Positions 13,858 through 26,729 of a DNA stretch of 64,000 bases are shown in pieces (within the stretch, counting starts at the first letter, position 1; each line of letters opens with the position of its first letter). The stretch is from Felis catus. Its lineage: Eukaryota. Both the position numbers and the translations under genes were made by a program. A model generated the notes under the pieces. That model saw only the letters and a program-made list of their open reading frames with translations, made no database searches and was not told the origin of the DNA. The stretch spans positions 185,692,001-185,756,000 of the forward strand of contig NC_058368.1 in NCBI RefSeq assembly GCF_018350175.1, written 5' to 3'.

Positions 13858-14477
13858 GATGATGTCAGACTACTTGGACACATACAGACCAAACAAATAA
13901 TTTGTATTATTTTTCTAAGACCAATGGGAGAACGCTGAATTATCTTAAAAAAGAGCAGAAATCATCATATAATTTTTTGAAAAAAAAATCATTCTATAAT
14001 AAATGTTTTAGGGGATGATGAGGAAAGAGAGGTTAAGAGATTTTTGATAACTATAAAATAAGAATCATAGCTGTTGTTACTCTCCTCTCTAAAATGTTGA
14101 GAGACCAAATATGAAAAATTAAATATGGCATTTTGCAAAATACAAGCCATCAAACATTTTGGGTTTTTGACATGAATCTATTGTCTCAGCTGCTGTTTTC
14201 CCTTTGCCTTAGAAGCCAGCATTTTTGATCAATCTGCTATTCTCTGTGTGGTTGTAACCCATACACTAAAAAGTAATTCTCTGAAGTTGGTTAGGCTGTT
14301 CTTCCTTGCAGTCAATAGCAATTTAATATATATGGATTTGAGAGTGGAGAGTTACTTAATGGGAATGTCCTCAAATGTTTCAGAGTCAAGGTTTCAATCT
14401 ACACCCTTGTTGAGATGCCAACATGTGTTACCTTAACTCAATCAGAAATGAGATTTTCTTATTTCTTTGTCTTTCAG

Positions 14478-14520
14478 GAATCATTGGAAGTTTGGACAGA
14501 TAAATAAATTTGGAACCCAG
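14478..14520 (+). CDS. Probable 43-nt internal exon of an unidentified host gene; only open frame reads xNHWKFGQINKFGTQ
   Basis: Strong acceptor (ttttcttatttctttgtctttcag|G) and consensus donor (CAG|gtgagt) in non-repetitive sequence. Two of the three frames contain stops. It could also be a UTR or non-coding exon. Confidence 0.6.
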
Positions 14521-17500
14521 GTGAGTAACGGAGCAAATTTTTCAAAATGAGCTATTTATGATATTTTGTCTTTATGGTATTTCTATAGAGTAAATGTGGG
14601 AGAGTCTTGATTCTATACTCTGTGAAGTTGGTAAAGACAGGGGGACATTTACTCACCAATGTACACAAATAGAGTACACATTTTGTTTTGGGTGTTGTCA
14701 CACTAGTCAGTCAGCATGCTGTACATTGCCAGCAGCACTGCTGCCACTGATTCCGCGGGGTCCTGCCTCGTTCTCCTACCTTCACCACTAGAACGACAAA
14801 ATCCCTACAGCCCCGTGACTGTAGGATCTGCTCATCTTGCTGACAGTGTTTAGCTACTAGGCCTGATTCATGTTTACAAGGAGGCATCAGAAAATAACTA
14901 TCTACCATTTTTGTCTTTCATAAGGCAGGAGACAGTCTTAACTTTATTTTGTGCCCAGCTCAGAAAATGGGCAGATACAATGAGTGTGTAAACAAGTTTA
15001 TCATTTTCTATATAAATTTCCAGAGTAAAACATACATTTCTGTTGTCTTGGTTACCCATATTTGACATAATTTTTATGCCCATTTTTAAAAGAGGTAACT
15101 TACGTGAAAGCAGTACTTAGCTCAAGATATGGAACGTGGTATGTGCTTCATAAACATATAAAGGAGCTTCTGTAAACTTCAAATACTCAAGGTCACATTG
15201 TCTACACATATTTGTATTCGAGTTGGGATACAAATGTAAATCTTATGTGTACTCTTTGGATTTTATCCCTCCATAAAAGCATAGTTACATTGACTATTAG
15301 TATTTTTTCAACTACTTACAAAAACATTAAAAATGTCAATGTATTATAGACATGTGGGAAAATGCTAGAGTTGTCAGTTAGATATAAACTTACATGGCTG
15401 GCATGATTTTCTTACAATTTTTATTACTAGCCCAAATTCAACAGAAATTACTGAATCATTTGTTTTACCATTAGGTTGGCACAGTTTAGTTCAATGAATG
15501 CAGAGGGTAGGAAGCAAAGAAACACCTTAGATTCCATGGTAATTGACACAATGTTATTTATTGGGCACTGTGTTCATAGCATGGGCTTTTAGATTTAAAG
15601 AGTATCCACACTCTAGGAAAGGTAAACATTCTCTTGGGAGGCTCAGATAGGCATTCCTATTTTAAGTTACCTGAAAAGGAAACATAAATTGGTTACCTGG
15701 AAAGTTTTCTCCATTTAAGAGGTTTAAAATTTCCTAAACTTATTTCATGTGGCCCCGATGGAGGGTAATCTTTAATAAAACAAGCAAAACCCTGTAGTAT
15801 TTTAAATAATTCTTCCAACGGACATGATCAAGGCTGTAGCTCTAAACAATGCAACAGAAAAAAATGACCACATGTGAGATAAAATGGAGGTGATAAGGAA
15901 GTGTATCAGGGCTCTGATGGAAGATAACACAGGAAACCAAAATCCTATCATCTCAGCCCACATTTCCTAAATGAAAACCACAGCAACAAAACAGCTGGCT
16001 CTGTTTCTGAATTCAAAGTTGTCTGAGCTCAGGAACACTCCTACTCAGGCCTTGGCTAACAATTCACCAATATTCGTCTCCTGAAGCCCTCTCCCTGGAC
16101 CCAGCACTGGCATCTAAGTCACATCCGATGACCCAGTTGCTTTCTCTGGAGAAAGAAATAACTATTACCAAATTTGGTCTAAAGTAATAATGTAGATGAA
16201 TTAATATCCCTTCAATTTACTCTCAGTTTTCCTCTTTTATCTAACTCTGGATATTGCGTTTTATTTTCCTTGATAAATAAAATTTTAAAATGTGTATTTG
16301 ATTCTTATGCAGTAGGAACTGAACTTTCTGTGTGTCATTTCATTTAATCCACACAATAGCAATGTGGGTCAGTATTATCTTCACCGAGAGAAACATGCCT
16401 AGTGACATATTTTAGGTCACACACCTAGTAAATTTCAGAAAGCAAAATTGAGTCCAGATCTGGCTGAGTTCAAATATCAATTTATACTGCCCTACCATAA
16501 CAATAATAACAATAACTAATGAGTGAGCATGTTTTATTTATCTGTCTGTCTATAGATCTATGTAACCACTATGCATTGAGAAATGAAGACTGGAAGAGAA
16601 TGATAAAGAAGTCTAATCACTAATATGTGTAATATGCCATTTTTCTGCCTGTGAGCTCCTTCTCACATTCATTGCTGAGTAATTCCTGTTTATGATTAAT
16701 GACTCAATGCAGATATCACTAGCTCTATTTTTAGTAGATGCCCCTCTTCACTGTATTTATATTTATTATAGCATTTACCATAATTAATTGCCATGTGTTA
16801 TAAATTAATTTACATTATAACTTCCCTAAATTATCAGCTCCTGGGGAATGGGGACTGTGTCGTATCTCTCCTCAGCAAGCGGCAAAGACCTTACCTCTTG
16901 AGTAAAGAAGAAATGTTAATTGGTCACAGATTGGTTCTCTTATATACAGAGATTCCAGGATTTGGGTTTCTCATATTGGGGATATGCTTACTTACATACA
17001 CTATTCATTTTGCCAGATCATAACTGGCAACCTTTGAGCTAGAAGTCACCTTTAGTATCCTTCTTCACCTCCTACTACAGTTATTTTAATTGAATTTTGA
17101 AGGTTTAAGTATGTTCTAATAATCTGTACCATTCTAAATAATTACAACCCAATATGCACATCTGTGATACCTTCCTAGCCGCTGTAAGTATTTGAATCTG
17201 CTATTCTGCTCTAGATATTCCTTCATTAACCTAACTATGAATTTGTATATTATATATCTAATGGGTTAGTCCATTTGGTTTAATGAGAATTTGGATTCAA
17301 TCCCAGAATCACTTGTGTTTTATCTGATCCCTGTCCTTGCATTATGCTTCTAAACCATCAGCATTAGAAATGTATAAATTTATTCAACACCATTCCATCC
17401 TTAATAGGAAAAAGAGTAACAATGACAAAATAACAAGCAAACAAAAATTAGCAAAGAAATCTGCTACATTTGATAGTGATCTCCTTTCTGTAAATCTGCC

Positions 17501-18449
17501 ATTATACTTTTAGAAATTAACTTTTTCCTGAACAGATATATCCAAGATTGGATTCCCAAATCATATTACTGCTAATGATCAATATTCCTTAGAAATGAGT
17601 GTACTTCTTAGACTTAAATGGGTTTGACCAAATTTCCTTCGGCTTGACTGTGAATTACTATTCTTAATTAGTGATATTATTTATGTTTCAAAGTAATTAA
17701 GTTAATGTGTTCTTTAGTCCAGTGCTCAGGATTCTTGTTTTTGTTGTTGTGCAAAACTCCAAAGTATTTATGACTCTTACGTATAATGCCTTTGATGTTG
17801 AAGCATTGACTAAAACAATCATTATGATTCATGTCATGAACTAGTAAGGAATGATTATTTCTGTTTTTTCTCAAACTCCTAGAGAGAGGGCAGGAAGATA
17901 AAAATGCATTGCTTCTTTGAAAGACTCATGTATAATAGAATAGAATAACAGAGTCTGATTCTTCACTTACAGCTAAGCTTGGAATAATAACAGATCCTTC
18001 AAAAGTTCTCATGGGAAGAGAGTCTCCTTGAACTACATTTGTTGGGGAAGAGGAAGATTGCAGAGATGAGAGAATTACCCAGTCTTTCTAACTTTTCCTT
18101 GGTTATTTTTATTCAGTAGTTTAGAGCTGAAGTGGATGCAGTTCATAATATAGTATTATAAGTTATATATTAAGGCTTTAATAACAATTAGGGGAAGAAG
18201 TATTTCATTAAAGGATTAATTTCTAAGCATTTACCTAAGGTATTGTTAGTGAGGATTATGATGTTTTTAAATTAACTTTGGAAAATTATGGAATGATTTT
18301 TGAAGTGTGAGATTTGACATTATCACACATCTGTTATGTGCCCACTAAGTATATTATAGTGCTGACCACTCTAGACCCCACTTGGAATAAAATGACACTA
18401 CTACCAAAAATGCCCTTTCTGGCTTCAGAGAGTTTATAGTAGTTTTCTT

Positions 18450-19030
18450 TGGATATATATTTCATATGTTTTCTATATTGAATTAAAATAATGGTCACTT
18501 GTCTATTTACAGAAGTAATATATGAGTTTTGTAGCACAAATTATTAGCCCATTTATAAAAGTATACACTGTATTTTATTTCCATTATTCTCCTGTTGTTT
18601 GATATTTATTTTATCATGAAGGTTTCATTTTTGTTAGAATAGACAATAATGTGATGGACACTTCTAAAAGTAAAAGTGTTGGGTCAAAAGGCAAGCATAT
18701 TTTAAAAATTTAAAATTTTTATACATGTTGGCTAAAGTACATCCAATATAGATTCTACCAACTTTAATCTATCTGGAATTCATTTTGTGTTTGTAACAGA
18801 AAAATCTTACTATTTTTAATAGTCAGGAAATTAACCCAGTACCATTAGGAAGTTCATCTTTCTGTCCCCAATATGAAATGTCACTTTTATATTAATTTAA
18901 ATCCTATACTTACTTGAATCTAAATTTTCTATTCTGTTTAATTAATCATCTTGTCTATTCTTGTTCTAGTACCCCATTATTTTAATTATTACAGTTTCAA
19001 GTCCAGTTAATATTGAATAAATTACTTCAT
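18450..19030 (-). mobile_element. Very old L1 (L1ME-like) fragment
   Basis: Diverged antisense L1 motifs such as tttaatctatctggaattcattttgtg and ccattattttaattatt. Confidence 0.5.
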
Positions 19031-19964
19031 ACATTAAAATCACATTTTTAATTTCTTTTTTTTGGTCCAGATCCTTATCCAGATGATGCAGAAGGTCATA
19101 AAGGGATATGATAAGGACATGCTTAATTCACCCTGGCCATAGCACCTTCCAAATATAGCAATATCTCTTGAAAAAATGTTACCTACTATATCATAAATGT
19201 ATGCAGAATACTTTTCATAATGTATGGAAATTTCAAGCCTTGGCAAAAAGCTGCCTTTAGTCTGTTTGTTGAAGATAACAAAAGTGGGATGGGTAGTAAA
19301 AACCGATGCAAGTTTGCATCCAGTGTTTTTGAATTTTGTTGGAAACACAAAGGCCGTGTGACATACAGATGAGTGGAGTCACAGTTGCATTTTAACTTCT
19401 CCACTTTCTAGCATGCAGCTTTGTTTAATCTTCTTAATCTTATGAGCCTCAATTCCCAGTAAAGTCAGGGACATGAATAGTTCTTATATCATTTTTCCTA
19501 GTAGGTACTCAAAAAGGTTGATGATATTATTATTGTGTGCCTTTTGATTCTCAAGTTGTCACAAACAAGGAGAACAAAGGTTAGAGATGGGCACCTAGCC
19601 TTCTAAACATTTAGAATGGGTTTTGGCAGTAATAGACTCATAGTAGGAGAAAGTCTGAAAGCAATCAACAGAAAGAAAATAGGGAAATTTTTATTTTTCA
19701 AATTTTACATTCATTTTCTCCTTTACAAAACTGATTGTATAAACCCCTTCACAAGAATGCAATTTTAAACTATTTAAGTTTCTCTGTGTGTTATAAGAGG
19801 AAAAAAGTTACAATGTACTAATGGGGAAAAATAATGCTTCAGTGTGGAGAGTGTACCTAATGTTGAAAAAACAACAGGCGTTTCTGAAGCTCTTGATAGG
19901 TCATATTTTGACCTAAACATTTAAAGTTAGAATTCTTTGTGTGAATTTTCCAAGCATGAAAGTA

Positions 19965-20201
19965 CAGTAAAACCTTGGTTTGTGAGCGTAATTCGTTCCA
20001 GAAACACGCTTGTAATCCAAAGCACTTGTGTATCAAAGCAGATTTTAAGAACCATTGGCTCAGTTGTGATCATGTGACTTTCAGTGTCACTAATCGTATT
20101 GCAAGACATTGCACATTTATCAAGTTAAAATTTATTAGAAATGTTTGCTTGTCTTGCAGAACACTGGCAGAACACGTTACTTGCAATCCAAGCTTTCACT
20201 G
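19965..20201. mobile_element. Tc1/mariner-Tigger-type MITE, 237 bp
   Basis: TIRs CAGTAAAACCTTGGTTTG / CAATCCAAGCTTTCACTG (15 of 18 matching), with TA on both sides (19963-19964, 20202-20203). Confidence 0.9.
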
Positions 20202-20289
20202 TATTATGTTTAAAAGACAAAACAAAGGTGAAGAAAGAGGGAGAGAAAGAAAAAGAAAAAAAAAAGAGAGAGATGTGTCTGCATATTTA

Positions 20290-21240
20290 TTAGCCTGGGT
20301 GAGTCGGGCTGGCCAGAGTTCCAGAGCAGGCATCAGGCTGCCATATTGATAGGAGCTGAGACTTGGCCTCTGCCCTGCTTTGTCAAGGAGACTTCAAATC
20401 ACAGTCCCCTGAGCTTTAGGATAGTAGAGAAAGCAGCTGAGTAGTATGCTCTGCTTGTGGTGTGAAAAATAAACCTTTGGCCAAAGGCACAGGCTGCGAA
20501 TTTCCAAGCAGCCCAGCCCCCAGCTCTGTGGAGCTGCTGTCAACTTTGATTAGCTCTTGTGACTCTGAGACTCCTCCATTCTATAAATTGCTTCAGCCCC
20601 TCAGCCCTCCTTGCTCCTCCTATTGCTGGCTCCCTTTACTGTATGATGAGCTGTCACAGCTGGTTGATCACACCGTTACCCAATCAGCTGCTCCTCTTAG
20701 CCAGACCCTTGACTGACCTTGTTCTGTCTTTGCCTTTCCCGTCCTTTTGATCCTCCTGCAGCTGAATCTCCTACCCCTGCTGTCTGATCCCACTGCTTGT
20801 CTAATCAGCCTAGTAGACAGTTTGATTAGCTGCTCCTTCTTCTCACCCTGCCAGCTCTTCCTGCTGCTACCAGCTGTGCTCGGGGCCTTCTAGTTCTCAC
20901 CATGAATTCCTTCTGACCCTCCATTAGTGCTGCTGGCTGATCGACTTTATACTTTTTCTCAGCAGTGCTCTGATCGGCTGTCCTTCTGCCATGGTCCTCT
21001 GATCAGTCTCCTGACATCTTCCCTTTCTGTCTTCTACAAGATTCTCTTGCTATTAATTGAACCACTCTGGTCCTGTGGCAGGCACTTTTTCACTAGCCTT
21101 TCAGGCTGGGGTTACCTCAGAGGCTACCTTTGGCAGGTAATAACATTTCATTGCAAAGTTTCGCTGCCCAATTCACAGGGTCCCTCAAATCCCAATAGTT
21201 CCCATTGTATCTAGTGAACCGCATTCTTCATGGCACAGCC
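20290..21240. mobile_element. Probable ancient LTR-derived segment, family not determined
   Basis: Abrupt GC- and pyrimidine-rich ~950-bp island with repeated cagct/ctgatc motifs and a TATA-like ctataaa at 20581; no coherent ORF. Confidence 0.35.
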
Positions 21241-21444
21241 TGACTCCTAGCATATTGCAACTAGCTTTTGAGTTGTTTCCTGAGCATCTTCTACCTCATT
21301 TTCCCTCTGAGTAATACTTTGTTTATTACAGTCACAGTTTCAGACTGATAAACTCTTTGGATTCAAATTCCGTATTTTTATCACACACTTGTATGACCTT
21401 AGACAAGTAACTTAACCTCTTTGGAACTTCTTCATCTCTAACAT

Positions 21445-21980
21445 TCTTTATTCAACTAACAGTTAGTGAGTAACTACTATAAGCAGTCATGAGCTTAGAG
21501 ATGAGAGTGCATCTATGAACCAGATATTCAAGGTCTCTGAATATCTAGAATTTACATTCAAGAGTAAAAGTAACATACTTAACCAAACAAATAAGAAAGA
21601 CTCCAAAAGTGGCAAATGCTGCAAGAAAATAAAATAGGGTAATAGAAGAGAAAAAGACTTGGGATGGAAGGGCTAATTTAAGTAGGATAATCAAGAAAGG
21701 GATCTTTGAGAAGGCAACATTTGAGCTGGCACCAGAAGGATGAGAGAAAGGCAGCCATGTAATGAGCTGGGGGAATAATGCAATGAACAAAAACAAAACA
21801 AAAAACATGTGAAAGAGCTTGGCAAATACAAGAACATAAAGAAAGCCAGTATGTCTGGAACATAGTGAACAACAGACATTGGTACAAAGTAAAATCAAAG
21901 AAGTAGGCAAGGTCCAGGATTTTATCAGACAAGGAAAGGTGTGTTAGGATGTTGAATTGTGTTCTAATCATAATGGACAG
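21445..21980 (-). mobile_element. L2 LINE fragment
   Basis: ttattcaactaacag...; gaaggcaacatttgagctg; gaaagccagtatgtctggaacatagtga. Confidence 0.7.
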
Positions 21981-21989
21981 CCTCTAGAT

Positions 21990-22181
21990 CAGTGTTGTTC
22001 AATGGAAATTTGTGTCTTGATAAAAATGTTTTATATCTGTGTTGATACAGTAACCACTAGTCATATGTGGCCATTGGGCATTCAGAATGGAGCCAATGTG
22101 ACTGAGGAACTGGATATTTTATTATTTTTAATTTTAATTAATTTAAATACAAACGGCCACATGTAGCTAGATACATGCATG
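21990..22181. mobile_element. hAT-Charlie MITE (MER3-like)
   Basis: cagtgttgttcaatggaaat...ccactagtcatatgtggcc...gtgactgaggaactg...ggccacatgtagcta; 8-bp TSD-like ctctagat / ctatagat. Confidence 0.85.
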
Positions 22182-22487
22182 CTATAGATAGATTAAGGTT
22201 GGTTTAGGTAAAGAATTTTCTAATCTTTTGGTCCCTGCAGGACCCACCTCACAGGAGCAAGGAGTCTAAGAAAGTTGAGTTTGGGGTCCTTTCCGAGTTA
22301 AATAATATCAAATCTGCTTTTATCTGTTCTTTGAAGAAATTGCATTGTGGTCTCTCAAGGAAAAGTGCATTGGAAAAGGATAGGCTGCTTAAATAAAGTG
22401 TAGAGATCATTTAACACCAGATTAACAACACCATTGAAAATGAAGCAAAATGAATTTAAATGCTAGCTATACCACTTGCTAGCTGGT

Positions 22488-22849
22488 TGCAATGATATGA
22501 ATGTGTCTCTCGAAAATTCATATGTTGAAATCCATCCCCCCCCCCAGCCCTGCCCAAAGTGGTAGTATTAGGAGATGGGGTTTGGGAGAGGTTATTAGGT
22601 CATGAAAGTGGAGCCCTTATGATTAGAATTTCTGTTCTTCATAAAAGAGATCCCACAGAGCCCATTTGTCCCTTTAACCCCTTGTGGACATAATGAAAAG
22701 AGTCACCATCTATGAGTCACCAAACACTAAATCTGCCTTGCCTTCATTCGGACTTCTCAGCCTCTAGAACTGTAAGAAATATATTCCTGGTGCTTATCGT
22801 TCATCTAGTCTCTGGTATCTTGTTATAGCAGCCCAGACAGACAGAGATA
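22488..22849 (+). mobile_element. MaLR solo LTR (MLT1A-like) inserted into a MIR
   Basis: tg...aaaattcatatgttgaaatcc...ggtagtattaggagatgggg...cagcctctagaactgtaagaaat...tgttatagcagcccagacagac; MIR-like sequence on both sides. Confidence 0.9.
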
Positions 22850-23003
22850 TAGTTAGAACACAAAACACTACCTTAGTTTCCTTAGCTGAAAACTAAGGGA
22901 GATAAAATAACGCCAACTTTATAAGTCACTTGTGTTGATTAAATGAGATATCACAAATGGAGTGTTTAGCAGAGTGCTAAACCCATAGCATATACTCAAT
23001 AAA

Positions 23004-23144
23004 GATATATTTAAAAAAATTTTAAATTTAAGTATAATTGCCATGTAATGTTATGTTAGTTTCAGGTATAAAATATAGTGATGCAATTTGATTATACGTT
23101 ATGCTACCATCTCAGATGGTAACTACACTTGTGGTAAGCATAGC
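23004..23144 (-). mobile_element. Tiny L1 3'-end insertion with a 5' inversion
   Basis: Antisense L1 3' end (~23019-23105) followed by the adjacent L1 3'UTR sequence in sense orientation (cagatggtaactacacttgtggtaagcatagca); flanked by actcaataaa at 22994 and 23145. Confidence 0.7.
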
Positions 23145-23766
23145 ACTCAATAAATACTAACTTCTACAATTACTGTTAGTCTGAGGTTGACTTGATGCAG
23201 AGGAGATGTGCTCCTACTCTTGTAACTGAGAAATCCTCTATTTTGACAGTCTGAATATTTTAAAGGCTTATTCAAGGTCACTCAACTATGAAGGGTATAA
23301 GCTGAGATTTGAACCTAGGTTGCTAGGACTCTAGAGTTAGTGATACTAAGCACTGGGCATTCATCTGGGTTCTATGAAGTTATCCTATGAACATGTTCTT
23401 GAATAAAAATTTAATCTAGTAAATGCATATGCCAAAGGAAGCATTGTGAGTGGTTATTATGAGAAGATATCCATCATAATTATAGTCTGTTGGTGTTAAA
23501 TAATTAAACTTCTTTCAGAGGGATCAAAAAAGTACGTTCATTAAGATATTCTAAAATATAGCCCCAAAATTCTCAGCTCAAGCTCATGACCATTGAGACA
23601 TGGGCCTATTTAGACAATTCTGATATTTGCTTCTCACTAAGAATCCTGACTGCTCTTGTCATTTAGATGAATAGCTACCAAGGGCATTCATCTTTGAAAT
23701 CACACCATATCCCTATTACACAAATACTATTTTTTTATTTTTATAATAAAAATATCAATACTTTGA

Positions 23767-24185
23767 GGGGCTCCTGGGTGGCTCAGTTGGTTGAGCATCT
23801 GACTTCGGCTCAGGTCATGATCTCAGTGCTTGTGGGTTCAAGCCCCCGTCAGGCTCTGTGCTGACAGCTCACAGCCTGGAGCCTGATTCAGATTCTGTGT
23901 CTCCCTCTCTCTCTGCCTCTTCCCTGCTCACATTTGTGTGTGTCTCTCTCTCTGTCTCTCAAAAAAATAAATAAACGTTGGGGCGCCTGGGTGGTGTAGT
24001 CGGTTAAGCGTCCGACTTCAGCCAGGTCACGATCTCGCGGTCCGTGAGTTCGAGCCCCGCGTCGGGCTCTGGGCTGATGGCTCAGAGCCTGGAGCCTGTT
24101 TCCGATTCTGAGTCTCCCTCTCTCTCTGCCCCTCCCCCGTTCATGCTCTGTCTCTGTCTGTCCCAAAAATAAATAAACGTTGAAA

Positions 24186-24232
<47 letters not shown>

Positions 24233-24256
24233 ATGTTAAAATTTTTTTTTTTTAAA
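23767..24256 (+). mobile_element. Older CAN-SINE whose tail is split by a younger SINE
   Basis: Head ggggctcctgggtggctcag; TSD atcaatactttga at 23754-23766 and 24257-24269. Confidence 0.95.
23980..24222 (+). mobile_element. Young SINEC_Fc nested in the preceding SINE, with (TAAA)n tail
   Basis: Near-identical to the 1642 copy; TSD aaataaataaacgtt (23965-23979) / aaataaataaatgtt (24223-24237). Confidence 0.95.
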
Positions 24257-25111
24257 ATCAATACTTTGAAAGGTTAAGCAACCTGTTTAAGGTCCTATTG
24301 CTAGGAGGTATTTGAGCCAGGATTTGAATCCAGTGGCTGCCTGGTACAACAGACTCCGGAGTCAGAGAGAGGAGGTAATGTCTTATTCTACACAATGGGA
24401 ACATTTAACCTGTTCACTGGTTGGGATGATTCAATGGACTCAAGTGGTTAAACCCTCTTTGATTTGTTTGAATTGAAGTTTCAATTTGTATAGAGGTTAC
24501 TGTTTTGCAAGAAATAATTGGTCAATTGCAAGTACATAAAGCAAAGAGGAAGGGACAAAACTGATACCATTTCTAAAGCTGATGGAATAGGCAAGCTATC
24601 TTGTGGGTCAAATGTCTTGAAGTCTGAGATTGTTCATCAAGAGTACATAGCTTCTTGGATGATTTGTAAAGAACTAGTGGACTCAGGAAAGAAAATATTA
24701 CACTACATTTCTCAATTGCTAGCAGAAGCTAGGTTGAGCTTTTATAACTTAAACAGTTACACTGATAGTATTAATGAATTATTGTGAAGGAAGCTACACT
24801 AATCTTAATTTCAGCTTGTATACATACAAAATATCTAGCTTTAGTTGAGTTTCTGCTAAGCTCAGATGGTCTATAGTAAAGCACACTCAACAAAAAGGGA
24901 ACTGATAATATCCCAAGCTTAAAAGCAAAAACAGACCTCCTTAAATAAGCATTATTAATCAATATTTATCCCATGAATATTTAGGGGACCCCTATTCACC
25001 AAACATTGCTATTAGGTCCTTGAGATACAGAGCAGGTCAGATGAAATTTCTGCCATCATGCAACTTATATTCCAACAGGGCAGGTGGATAATAAAAAAAA
25101 AATCCATTATT

Positions 25112-25315
25112 TTTTTTACACTTATTTATTTTTGAGAGAGACAGAGCACAATTGGGGGAGGGGCAGAGAGAGGGGGAGACACGGAATCTGAAGCAGGCTT
25201 CAGGCTCTGAGCTGTCAGCACAGAGCCTGATGCAGGGCTCGAACCCATGAGAACTGCGAGATCATGACCTGAGCCAAAGTCAGACACTTAACCGACTGAG
25301 CCACCCAGGCACCAC
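25112..25315 (-). mobile_element. CAN-SINE inserted in an L2 fragment
   Basis: SINEC motifs; TSD aaaatccattatt on both sides. Confidence 0.95.
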
Positions 25316-26504
25316 AAAATAAAATCCATTATTAATAAATAACAGTGATTAATTCTAGGAAGAAAACTATAATGTTGTGAAGTATTTATCTGATGGGGTT
25401 ATTTTAAACAAAGTAGTCAGATTCTCCCTAAGGAATTGCCTTTGATCAAGATTAGATAAAGTGAGGGAGTTGCTGTGGAAAGCTCTGGGAAAGGATCATT
25501 CAAAGCAGATGGGAGCCAGAAAGTGAAGGAGTACTGAGGAGGAATGAACATGGTGCTTTGAGTCAAAACAAGAAGCCAGTGTACTGGAACTAAGTGAGCT
25601 GGGTGAGGAAATTGAGGTTGGGGAAATAGTTGGCTTTGTAAGCCACAACTTAAGCTTTATTGTTCTATTAGAAGTTTTTGAGTAAGAGGGGTGACGTCTG
25701 ATTTACTGCTGAAAACATTTTGTTGCTGGATGGGGGAAAGTGTGGGAGAAGGGAAACTAGTCAGAAATTTCTTATGTTAACTTATTATATCTTTCCTAAA
25801 AATTAAGTGGCATGGACTAGAAGGGAGCTAGAAAAGTGATGAGAAATGAGTTATATTCTGAAAGAAGAGACCATAGAGCTTACTGATGGATTATACGTGG
25901 TTGCAAAAGAAAGGGGAAGCTAGAAAGTGTTCACTAAGTAATAAAGCAAATGTAAACTTGCTAAAGAGAAGTTTTCACAGTTTAGTACAAGTACTGGACA
26001 CACAGTACAATGTCTGGCACATATTACATTTCCAATAAGTGGTAAGAGTTATTTTTATAATATCTAAATAGGTGATGTATCAGGTACTATTCTTGGTTCT
26101 ATAATAAATATAAATATGAGAAAGATGACAGTGATTAGTAATTCTGTCTGTATCTCTTTCTTTCTTAGTAATTTACATTTTAGGAAACTTCTATCTCTTG
26201 CCTGTTCCCCTGTCGATCTTTATTTTATCCTTGGATTGTTTCTCAGTTCACCATGGTTATTATTTCTGCTCTCTTCACTCACTTTTATTCCTTATGGAAA
26301 CTCAAGTCCATCTGGAGTTTTCTGCTACACTTATTCTTTCAACCAATTTGACATATGAATGATGTTACATAAATACTATAAAATATTATGCATCAGTTAA
26401 AAAGAATTAGTGGATTAACATGAGCTAATGTCAATAGATTTTCCAAGTTACAAAAAAGAAGTTTATAAAAAATATATGAATATGAGTAATATACAAGAAT
26501 AATT

Positions 26505-26729
26505 GGGGCACCTGGGTGGCTCAGTTGGTTAAGCGTCCAACTTTGGCTCAAGTCGTGATCTCATAATTTGTGGGATCAAGCCCTGCATCAGAGCCCTGCT
26601 TGTGCTGACAGCTCAGAGCCTGGAACTTGCTTCAGATTCTATGTCTTCCTCTCTCTCTGCTCCTCCCCCACTCGCACTCTGTCTCTCTCTCTCTCAAAAC
26701 TAAATAAATGTTAAAAAAATAAACAAGGA
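26505..26729 (+). mobile_element. CAN-SINE
   Basis: ggggcacctgggtggctcagttggttaagcg...; TSD-like aagaataatt / aaaaataatt. Confidence 0.95.

Noticed and set aside
19045..19370. Strong acceptor-like tract (tttcttttttttggtccag) suggesting an exon
   Set aside because: All frames stop early, there is no good donor, and no protein similarity was recognisable.
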